A DNA stretch of 64,000 bases from an uncultured Planctomycetota bacterium (GTDB lineage: Bacteria; Planctomycetota; Planctomycetia; Isosphaerales; Isosphaeraceae): assembly GCA_963823665.1 (NCBI GenBank), contig CAWGMQ010000006.1, positions 928,001 through 992,000 of the forward strand, written 5' to 3'. Below are positions 51,145 through 59,375 of this stretch, piece by piece. The position numbers and the translations under genes were made by a program. The notes beneath the pieces are model-generated. The model ran no database searches. It saw nothing but the letters and a program-made list of their open reading frames with translations, and was not told the origin of the DNA. Position 1 is the first letter of the stretch. Each line of letters begins with the position of its first letter.

Positions 51145-53948
51145 TCAATCCCCATCGCCCCCCTTCCCCGCCTTCCGCCCGGTTCCTTTCTTCTCCGCCT
51201 TCATGAGCTCGCTGAGTCTCACCTCCGCCGCGCGGCCTTCCTTCGTGCCCGAAGCCTCCCGAGCAATCTCCTGGTAGAACGCGATCGCACCGGTGACCTT
51301 GCCCATCCGTTCCAGCGACCGCGCCAGCGGAATCTGGGCACGCGCCCGCTTGGCGGCTTCCGCCGCGCGGCGCTTGCGCAGCGCCTGGCGGAACCGCTCC
51401 TCGTCGCGGGCCGACGCCTCTTCCCGTTCCCCCCGCACCCGCGTTTCGATCCCGGCCCGGCCCGCCGGCTCGAGCCGCGCGGCCATCTCGGCCGTCTGCG
51501 CCAGCCGGGCCGCACCCGATGGCCCCGGCGCGATCAGTGATTTCAGAAACGCCTCCACCTGGTTCCGTTCCCTGGACGTCAGCCGGAAGAACTGGTGCGC
51601 CGAGGCTTTGCCCTGCCCCTCGTGCATCGCGACTGCTTCTTCCAGCGTCCGTGCGCGCCCGTCGTGCATGTACGGCCCCGAATCGCGGTAGCCCCACAGT
51701 GGGGGCGTGCGCCACTCCCTTGCCCCCGGCTGCTCCGATGTATCCGGACGATTGCTCCCGTAGGCCGTCCCTTGGTCGCTCAAGCTTTGGCCCATATCGT
51801 GCAGCAGCAAATCGCTGTAAATCCCCTCGACGTCGCCGAGCTTGGGAACGTGGCACGAGGCGCACCCCGCCTGGGCGAACAGCCGGCGGCCGGTGCGCAT
51901 GTCCGCACTTCCCAGCAGTCCATTCGGGTCGATTGCCTCGGGCGCCGGCAGCGACCGCACATAGGCGACCAGGTCGTCGCACTCCGGCTCGGTCAGGTCA
52001 AGCCCCTTCGCCATGCCCTTCGGATCGAGCGGCGATACACCCTGCGAATGGCCAGGTACCTCCAGTCCCAGCTCATTGGCACAGGCGCCCCTGACAAACT
52101 CATGGAGCGTCGGAATTTGTGCCTTCGAGCCAAACCGCCCAATCCGTCCCTCCTTGGTGCGGTTGACGCGTCCCCGCACCGCGGCCGGCTGCCGTTCAGC
52201 CGTCGCGACCAGCACCTCCGACGGGATCTCGTCAATCAATCCGACTCCGAACAATGGAGGTGTGTTTCGCTCCGTAACGCTCATATTGAAGCCGTTCATT
52301 GACCGCTCTCCGGCCGAAATCTCCCGGATCCGCCGTTCGGGCGAAACCTGTTCCTTGAGAGCCTGAATCCGGCCTTCCACCGATTCATCTCGCCGCGCCG
52401 CCGGCGGGCTCCTCTGCGCATCGCGATTAGACATGAAGAACCGCTTCAGCCACGCCGCATATTCCGGATCGGTTCCATAGCGATGCAGGATCGCGCTCTT
52501 CGACCCGCGGAAGCCCGGGTGAATCTTCTCGGGAGCGGGGATCGGCCCGCATCCGTTCGGAGTTACCGTGATGAGCATCACGTTCTTGCTCTCCGGCCCG
52601 GCCCCGCCAGGCGCCCCCAGACCGTGGCAAGCCACGCACGACGTGGCGTTGTAAACCGGCCCCAGCCCGTCGCCGCCGTGGCTTTGCGCGTCGTCCGGCA
52701 TCCATTCCTTGCTAAAGAGAATCTCTCCCCGCGCCCGCTCCTCGCGGGCCAATCGCTCCTCCTGCTCAATCTGCCCCGCGCTGCACCGCGCGGATTAACC
52801 GCCGCCAGATCCGGCCCGAAAAGATCATCCGGCAATTCGGCCGGAACCGCGGGATCATAACGCCTCGGGCCACTCACACTGACAATCGCTTGCCCGGTGC
52901 GCTCAGCCTGGGTGGCACTGGCTATGCCGGCGTGCGTTTCCGGCGTGCCATTGGCCGTGCCCGTCCGTCCCGCCTGCGTGGCACTCGCGATGCCAGTGCG
53001 CGCATCCGCTTGACCGTCGCCGCCTTCCTCGGCTGCAGCATCCGCCCGCACGACGTGAACCGTCGTCCGCCCGGGTCTGGCAAGCCACGCAATGGCCCCG
53101 GTGATCGCAATCGCCAAGCCCAGATGCATCGCCAGCTTGAGCCGTGAGAACGCCATGAGCCTCAGGATTCTCTCCGAGAGGGCAATCGCCGCCGCCGACG
53201 AGCTAGACGCGAACCCCATCGCCGCCTTGACGGTGGAATCGACCAGCACCTCCGGCGGGCAGCAAGTCGCTCCGGCCTCGGGGGCGAGCAGATAAGCCAT
53301 CAGGCTTGCCGTGGGCACGAGCCCGCGTCGCGCCATTCGTGCCCGCAACCGTTCCCTCGCCCGCCGCAGTCGCACGCCAACCGTGCCGACCGGGCAGCCC
53401 AGTGCAAGCGCCGCATCTTGATAGGTCAAGCCCTCGAGATCGCAAAGCACCAGCGGCACTCGGTACCGTTCGGGTAGCCGTGAAACCTCCTCGTGGAGCG
53501 CCTCGAATTCCTCGCGACACACGAGTTCCAGATCCGGCCGCTCGCAGCGGTCGACTGGCTCAACAGGCCCCGCGCCCGCGATGGCACATTCACGCCGTTG
53601 TCTCCGATGTTGCCGCATCCTCGCCTCCCGCGCCGTTCGAAACGCCACGCCATGGAGCCAGTGTCCCAGCAGCTCCGGCCCGCGAATCGAGCCGGCTCTC
53701 CTGGCCAGGATGAGGAAGGTCGCCTGGAAAGCGTCCTCCGCGGTATGCCGGTCTCCGACAATCTGCCGGCAAACGCGAAACACCATCGGCCCATGGCGCC
53801 GCACCAGCGCCGCGAACGCCGCCTCGGCCCCCTCATCGCGTTCCGCCGTGAACCGCGAGAGCAGCTCCGCGTCGCCCGCTTCCGCGACGATGCCCCCGAC
53901 AACGAACCCGTCCAGCCGCGTGCTCGACTCCGCTTGCCTGGTCGCCAT
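51145..53948 (-). CDS. ECF sigma factor fused via TM helix to di-haem DHOR domain (frameshift at C4 run 52774-52777)
   Basis: AFAALVRRHGPMV, EDAFQATF, LPERYRVPLVLC; TM LGLAIAITGAIAWL; GLGPVYNATSCVACH, GRFGSKAQ, GCASCH, EWRTPPLWG, PYMHDG. Adding one G on the coding strand gives AAR-GQIEQEERLAREERARGE. Confidence 0.8.
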
Positions 53949-54198
53949 GATCGTGACCTCCCCTGAAACGTCCCGCCTATCTACCCTGATACTGGGAGGC
54001 AGCCACCAATTTGTTTCAGATTTCGCGCAGAATTGCATCGATTCGATTCGAATTGCACCCACAGCGCACCCTAACTCATCGCGCGCTCATCCGCAAGCCG
54101 CGCCCGCACTGACCCGAATGCGCGACACGTTTCATTTATGCTGCACCCGTCGCGCTCGCCCACCCCGCGCTTCGTTGCCGGCAGGAAATGTGCATAAT

Positions 54199-54220
54199 GT
54201 AGGTTAGGCTTTAGCCTGAC
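54199..54220. repeat. REP-like palindrome GTAGGT(T/C)AGGCTTTAGCCTGAC (second copy 58337-58358)
   Basis: Two near-identical intergenic copies starting with GTAG; a weaker copy near 62290-62312. Confidence 0.75.
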
Positions 54221-54240
54221 TCCCCGCTCCAGCGCCGCCC

Positions 54241-54624
54241 TTGCTGCGCACTGCCTTCTGCGGTTGCATTTGGCAGATAACCAGACGAAACGCGTGCACT
54301 CATCGCCCTGTGAATCGCATTCAACCGGGTCGCGGCCACGAACGATGGCTAATCCTCGGCGGTCTCGCCGGCGGCCTGTTGAGTCGCGACGGCTGGCAGA
54401 TGCTCGGCGATGCAGTCCTGGGGGCAATTGCGATGGGATTACTTGGGGTCGTGGCGACCATGCATCTCAAGGGCCTCATCTACTCGATCATCGGCGTCCC
54501 CCTTGGCGCCGTGGCCGTTTACCTCCACTTGCTCACCCGCGAGTCGCACGTTTCGACGGCGAATGCAAAGACTCTCACACGAACAGAGGGCGTTTGGGAC
54601 CAGGAACTGGACCGGCAAGCCTGA
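54241..54624 (+). CDS. Hypothetical small membrane protein (start uncertain)
   Basis: 3 hydrophobic segments and C-terminal GVWDQELD. Confidence 0.45.
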   Translation: MLRTAFCGCIWQITRRNACTHRPVNRIQPGRGHERWLILGGLAGGLLSRDGWQMLGDAVLGAIAMGLLGVVATMHLKGLIYSIIGVPLGAVAVYLHLLTRESHVSTANAKTLTRTEGVWDQELDRQA

Positions 54625-54688
54625 ACGCGAAACGTGACGGACGACTGCGTGCATGCGCGACCGATGAAACACAAGGCGATAGATTCAA

Positions 54689-54946
54689 TTGCAACTCACA
54701 CTCCGAAGGTTGCTGGCCGCCCTGGCAGTCTTTGCGGTAGGGCTGGCCGGTGCCAGGTCTCCGAACACCCTTGTCTTATTCCTTTCAGTGGAGACACTGA
54801 TAGGCGGCGTGCCTCTCATTCTTGCGTGGCGATTCCTCCCTGCCAGCGATCGGCTGCTGGCCGTCTGTGTCTGGGGCCCGATCGCATCCATTGTGACCAT
54901 GTTGATAACCGTCGTTATCTACGCAGCCATGCACAGCGGTGCGTGA
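54689..54946 (+). CDS. Small 3-TM protein
   Basis: QLTLRRLLAALAVFAVGLA leader. Confidence 0.6.
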   Translation: MQLTLRRLLAALAVFAVGLAGARSPNTLVLFLSVETLIGGVPLILAWRFLPASDRLLAVCVWGPIASIVTMLITVVIYAAMHSGA

Positions 54947-55087
54947 GCGAGCCGGCTTGCCAGCCCCGATCTGTGATCGGAAAGTGTCTTTCATCAACCA
55001 CGCCTTCGACTCGGGGCGTCGCGCTGCGGTATCATGTAAGGAGTATCTCGTGGCCGAGCTCGAGAGTCCATCGTGGAAGGTTATTCA

Positions 55088-55384
55088 ATGCGGCAGCCCC
55101 GAATGACCATACGGCGGTGGATGATCGTGGTTGTGTTCGCGGCGCTGATTTTCTCGGCGGCCCGGCTACTGTTGCTCTCGGCAACATACCGGGCGCGAGC
55201 TCGTCCGTACGAAGTTGCGCTGCTGGGCCGAACGCCAATCCGGATGGGCCCGAACGGGTCGCATTCGTTGCCCTATCATCGGTCTGCTCGCGACCTGCGG
55301 GCCGAGAGGATGGCCGAGAAGTATCTGCACGCGTCCCGCTTCCCCTGGCAACCCGTCGAGCCCGACCCGCCAGAACCCAAATGA
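55088..55384 (+). CDS. Hypothetical membrane-anchored protein, 'PWxPVEPDP' family
   Basis: MRQPRMTIRRWMIVVVFAA leader; KYLHASRFPWQPVEPDPPEPK tail. Confidence 0.75.
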   Translation: MRQPRMTIRRWMIVVVFAALIFSAARLLLLSATYRARARPYEVALLGRTPIRMGPNGSHSLPYHRSARDLRAERMAEKYLHASRFPWQPVEPDPPEPK

Positions 55385-55746
55385 ATGAAGGTAACCGGAT
55401 GGATGCCGAAGACTTTCGAGAGCTGGCGCTCAGCCTTGACGGAGCCGAGGAAGGCTCGCACATGGGCTCACCCGACTTCCGTGTCGGCGGCCACATCTTC
55501 GCGACGCTCGCCATGCAGCACCAGGGCTTCGGCAATCTCATGCTGTCACCCGAATTGCAGCGCGCTCTGATCGCCGAATCCCCGAACGTCTTTTTCCCAA
55601 TTCCCGGTGGCTGGGGGCGTCAGGGTTGCACGCATATCCGCTTGGCTGACGCGACTTCAAAACAGTTGCTGAAAGGCCTCCACGCCGCGTGGAACCTGCG
55701 CCTCGAGAAGAACAGCCGGTCACGCTCCTCGAGGAAGAGACGATGA
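55381..55746 (+). CDS. MmcQ/YjbR family protein
   Basis: FRELALSLDGAEEGSHMGSPDFRVGGHIFATL...GGWGRQG.T.IRL. Confidence 0.88.
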   Translation: MNEGNRMDAEDFRELALSLDGAEEGSHMGSPDFRVGGHIFATLAMQHQGFGNLMLSPELQRALIAESPNVFFPIPGGWGRQGCTHIRLADATSKQLLKGLHAAWNLRLEKNSRSRSSRKRR

Positions 55747-55759
55747 TCGCCTCGGATCC

Positions 55760-55795
55760 AGTTGACAACTGACAACCAACAACTGACAACTGACA
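55760..55795. repeat. Heptamer-period repeat (ACAACTG-like) intergenic element
   Basis: GTTGACAACTGACAACCAACAACTGACAACTGACA; degenerate relatives near 29095-29130 and 33870-33895. Confidence 0.7.
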
Positions 55796-55833
55796 GATGC
55801 GGAGCCTCGTTCTTGTCCACCTCGGTTGCGCAC

Positions 55834-56586
55834 ATGACCCCCGAGCCCATCGACTGCGTCGTACGCCTGGTCACTCCCGAGCGCATCCTCGTCGTGCACC
55901 CGCTGGCTGGCCCGTTCCGGCGCTTCGCGGCCTACTTGATCGACTTCGGCCTGCTCGTCCTCTCCACCGCAATGTTGGCCTTCGCGACCTTTCTGCTCGC
56001 CGCCGTTTCCGGCGGGTCGGCCGCCGTCCTGGGTCCGGCATTCGTAGCGTTCTTCGTTCTGAGCTGGGGCTACGGCGCATTCTGCGAAGGGGTTTTCAAC
56101 GGCCGAACGCTCGGCAAGGTCTGTCTGGGCATCCGCGTCGTCTCCGACCGCGGCGTTCCGATCACCGGTGCGCAGGCAATCTTGCGAAACCTGGTCGGGG
56201 CCATCGACGGCCTGTTCCCCTTCTTTTTTCAGGTCGGTTTGGCCAGCATGATGCTCTCATCCCGATTCCAGCGGCTGGGTGACCTCGCGGCCGGCACCAT
56301 GGTCGTCCGCGAGGAGCGAGCGTTCAGGCGCGAATTCGCCAAGGTGAAGGAGCCCGCGGTCGATGCGCTCCTTCCCTGGCTCCCGCACCGGATTTCGGTT
56401 CGTTCCGATCTCGCCCGCGCCCTTTCAGACTTCGTCGTGGCGCGGCGCCGGTTCTCGCCGCCGGGGCGAGCCGCGCTCGCCGAGCCACTGGCAAAGGTCC
56501 TGCGCAAGAAGTTCGACCTCTCGCCCCAGGCTCCCGCTGATGCAGTGCTCTGTGCGGTCTATCATCGCGTCTTCATCGGCGAATAA
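55834..56586 (+). CDS. RDD family protein
   Basis: TPERI...LAGPFRRFAAYLID, GRTLGK, LRNL, QRLGDLAAGT. Confidence 0.92.
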   Translation: MTPEPIDCVVRLVTPERILVVHPLAGPFRRFAAYLIDFGLLVLSTAMLAFATFLLAAVSGGSAAVLGPAFVAFFVLSWGYGAFCEGVFNGRTLGKVCLGIRVVSDRGVPITGAQAILRNLVGAIDGLFPFFFQVGLASMMLSSRFQRLGDLAAGTMVVREERAFRREFAKVKEPAVDALLPWLPHRISVRSDLARALSDFVVARRRFSPPGRAALAEPLAKVLRKKFDLSPQAPADAVLCAVYHRVFIGE

Positions 56587-56623
56587 ATAAATAAGTCCTC
56601 TGGCGTGAAGGGATATTGATTCC

Positions 56624-57659
56624 ATGTTGGTTGCCGAGCGGCTGGCACAGCGTGAAACAGCCTGGCGTGAGTCTCGATCTTCTCCTGGTGCGGCTCGCCA
56701 GAGGGCGCAAGCTGAGTGCCGCGGATGTGCTGCGCCTGGGCGAACTTTATCGCTCGGCGTGCACCGACTTGATGCTGGCTGACGACCACGACCTGCCCCG
56801 CGAAACCGTGGCCCACTTGCAGGCGCTCGTGGCTCGAGCGCACAACCTGATCTACCGGGCCACCGGCTTCCAGTTCCGCGACCTGGGCCGTGCCCTCTTT
56901 CATTCGGCTCCCCGCCGCCTCCGGCACGATCCCGCTCTCCGCCTGGCCACGCTGGTCTTCTGGGGCGTGTTTCTCTTCTCGGCTCTCCTCACCGCCGCCC
57001 ACTCCGAGCTCGCGCCGAGAATTCTGTCCGAGTCATACGTCGAGAGCGTCGACCAGGATTTCGCCGAGCCCGTCAACGCCCCGCGCAACGACGGCCGCAG
57101 CCGCAGCGACACGTTGATGGCCGGCTTTTACATTCAGCACAACACGACAATCGGCCTCCAGTGTTACGCCTGGGGAATCCTCTTCGGCATCGGCAGCCTC
57201 TACCAGCTCATCACCAACGCCCTTCTCTTCGGCACGCTCTTCGGTCACATGCTCACCTCGCCGCACGGCGCCAATTTCTTCGAGTTCGTCACGGCCCACT
57301 CGGCCTTCGAGCTGACGGCCATCATCATCTCGAGCGCCGCCGGTATGCGCCTCGGCTGGGGCTTGATCGACACCAAGGGGCAGTCCCGTATCTCCTCGCT
57401 CCGCCGCGAGGCTGCGAATTCACTGCCGGCGGTGGGCGTGGCCGTCGTGCTCTTCGTGCTGGCCGCGCTGGTTGAAGGTTACGTCTCCGCGTCATCGCTG
57501 CCTTACTGGGCCAAGGCAGCGGTCGCGGTCCTGAGTGGAGCCGGCATCCTCACCTATCTCGCACTCGGCGGCCGCGGCGCTCCGTTGCCGGAACACGCAC
57601 GAGCAGGGCTCCAGCAATCGTTTGCGCAGCACGGAATTGAAGTGAACCAGCACGCTTGA
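56624..57659 (+). CDS. Stage II sporulation protein M (SpoIIM/DUF95) family membrane protein (frameshift near 56672)
   Basis: MLVAERLAQRETAWRE|LDLL; LYRSACTDL; YIQHN; FVTAHSAFELTAI; AALVEGYVS. Confidence 0.9.
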
Positions 57660-57680
57660 GACCTCCAGGCGCGTCTACCC

Positions 57681-58007
57681 ATGCCGCTCGAGCCTCTCTT
57701 TCGCTATCGCCCCGCCTGCTCGGCCGCTGGCTGTGAGTCACCGGCGGTCTACAAGATCGCCGCGACCTGGAGCGGCAGCGCGAGCCGTGAGCTCAAGAAC
57801 TACGGCCTGGCCTGCGAGCAGCATCGCGATCAAGTATTCGCCAAAGCCCGGAGCCATCACGAGCGCCTCCGGCTCGCCGAAGACGAAAAGGTCGGTCCGC
57901 TCGAGCTGTACTTGCTTCGAGGAGGCTGCCGTGACGCCGAGCTGATCCCGTTGCCTTCCCAGGCAAGCCGGCCGCACGCCGATGCCGGCGCAAGTGCGAA
58001 TGAGTAA
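57681..58007 (+). CDS. Conserved hypothetical Cys-containing protein
   Basis: C....C...AVYKIAATWS....ELKNYGLAC..H, a possible metal site. Confidence 0.75.
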   Translation: MPLEPLFRYRPACSAAGCESPAVYKIAATWSGSASRELKNYGLACEQHRDQVFAKARSHHERLRLAEDEKVGPLELYLLRGGCRDAELIPLPSQASRPHADAGASANE

Positions 58008-58148
58008 TCGTACCCCGCCAGAGCGCCTCGGCCAGCCGCGAGCAAGCCACATCGCGAGAAGACGATCGATCAACGAACCAGTGGCCCCGGCACGTCCTGG
58101 CGCATCGAACTCGCATAGCGCAAAATTACAATTGTGGGGGGTGCACCC

Positions 58149-58176
58149 TTGACTTCGCCGCTCGGAGGATTACTTT
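58149..58176 (+). promoter_or_regulatory. Sigma70-type promoter TTGACT-N16-TACTTT
   Basis: Read directly in an AT-richer intergenic segment. Confidence 0.55.
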
Positions 58177-58179
58177 ATG

Positions 58180-58310
58180 CGCTGTTGGACGTGAACGCTC
58201 CTGTTGAGAGCTATTCAGTCCAGCCGAAGCGTCTGCTTCGTTCATAACGGACGGCCTTTTCTCTGTTCCGGCCCCGCCGATTCGTTTCATCACGGATCGG
58301 CGGGGTTTTT
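58180..58310 (+). ncRNA. Candidate structured small RNA or attenuated leader
   Basis: Lies between promoter and terminator. Hairpins GGAC/TGAA/GCTC...GAGC/TTCA/GTCC and CGAAGC-GTCT-GCTTCG. No credible ORF. Confidence 0.45.
58271..58310 (+). terminator. Rho-independent terminator
   Basis: CCCCGCCGAT...ATCGGCGGGG stem followed by TTTTT. Confidence 0.8.
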
Positions 58311-58393
58311 CGTAATTCCGGCACCTGCCACCCAGAGTAGGTCAGGCTTTAGCCTGACGATTCGCTCCGCCACTCCCGCCAATCGTCACACCC

Positions 58394-59251
58394 GTGACGG
58401 AATTCCGAGTCACCTGCGTGGACGAACGCCTGTGGAAAGCATCGGGCCCCGAATTCACGCTTTTCTGGGGCGGCCGGGACTGGACGTTGAATGTGTATGA
58501 TCCTTGCGGCGGCCTCCGGCTGAAAACAGGCGAGAGTAGGCTGCCGCAGCTTCTGGCGCTGGATCGCCTTGGGGCTTCGAATCGTTGTGACCTCAAGGCA
58601 TTCACTCGCGACACACTCGTCGCGTTCGAGGAATACCGTTCGTCGGTGCGAGCGACATATGCTCCTTCCTCCTGGGGCGGCATTCAAGTGTGCGCCGCAT
58701 GGATCGCCGCGGCCCATGACGCAGTCGACCTGGAAATCCAGTTGAGTGCCAGCTCCGTGGGAGAGCTCAAGGGGCTCGAGGTCGGAGTGCACAGCCGCCT
58801 CGATCCCGCCACGCCCGAAGATTCAAACGCGCCGGTGTTTTATGTGGAAGCGCGAGATCCAGCCGCGGTTCTCTCCGTCGGCGATGGCCGCGAGCCCGAC
58901 TTGCGACGGTGCCAGTTCACGGTCCTTTCCGGCGCGAAGCCGCTCCGCCCCAGCCTTCACCTGCCCCACAACAGTGCTGGCACAGGCGCAGTTGCGCCTG
59001 GTCTGTTCTACACCGAGATGGTTCATCCCGACGATCTGTTCAGAAGGGTTTTGACCGAGCCCATCCCCGCCGAAACCGCCACGGTTCCCGGCGTTTCGAT
59101 CCGCTACGCTCTCTTCGGCCTGGAGCTGGAAAAAGGCGTGATTCTTCGCGCGCGTCTTCGCGGCCAGTGGTTTCATTCAGCCGATCCCGAGCAACAAGCC
59201 GCGTCGCTGTTCCAAGATTTCCTGCGCCAGCCCCCACCACTCGGCCCCTGA
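58394..59251 (+). CDS. Conserved hypothetical protein
   Basis: 285-aa ORF; MVHPDD, LFG.ELEKGVILRARLRG, PPPL end. Confidence 0.75.
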   Translation: MTEFRVTCVDERLWKASGPEFTLFWGGRDWTLNVYDPCGGLRLKTGESRLPQLLALDRLGASNRCDLKAFTRDTLVAFEEYRSSVRATYAPSSWGGIQVCAAWIAAAHDAVDLEIQLSASSVGELKGLEVGVHSRLDPATPEDSNAPVFYVEARDPAAVLSVGDGREPDLRRCQFTVLSGAKPLRPSLHLPHNSAGTGAVAPGLFYTEMVHPDDLFRRVLTEPIPAETATVPGVSIRYALFGLELEKGVILRARLRGQWFHSADPEQQAASLFQDFLRQPPPLGP

Positions 59252-59283
59252 CCCGCATCGCTCGCCCGGCCGAGCGTGCCCGT

Positions 59284-59313
59284 TGTAGCAGGCACACTCC
59301 GTGTGCCGCCCGC
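59284..59313 (+). repeat. REP-like palindrome GTAGCAGGCACACTCCGTGTGCC
   Basis: GTAG followed by a GGCACAC/GTGTGCC hairpin between convergent genes. Confidence 0.65.
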
Positions 59314-59375
59314 TCCGTCTCGAAAGCGTTCCTATCGCGGCACGCCCGCTCAATGTCGAGATGCCCCCCAGCGTT

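Noticed and set aside
54634..55380. Long N-terminal extension of the MmcQ/YjbR ORF
   Set aside because: It overlaps two better-supported small genes in other frames; family similarity begins at about 55399.
58180..58310. CsrB/Rsm-type sponge RNA for the nearby csrA
   Set aside because: Only three GGA motifs, and they are not in hairpin loops; kept only as a generic ncRNA candidate.
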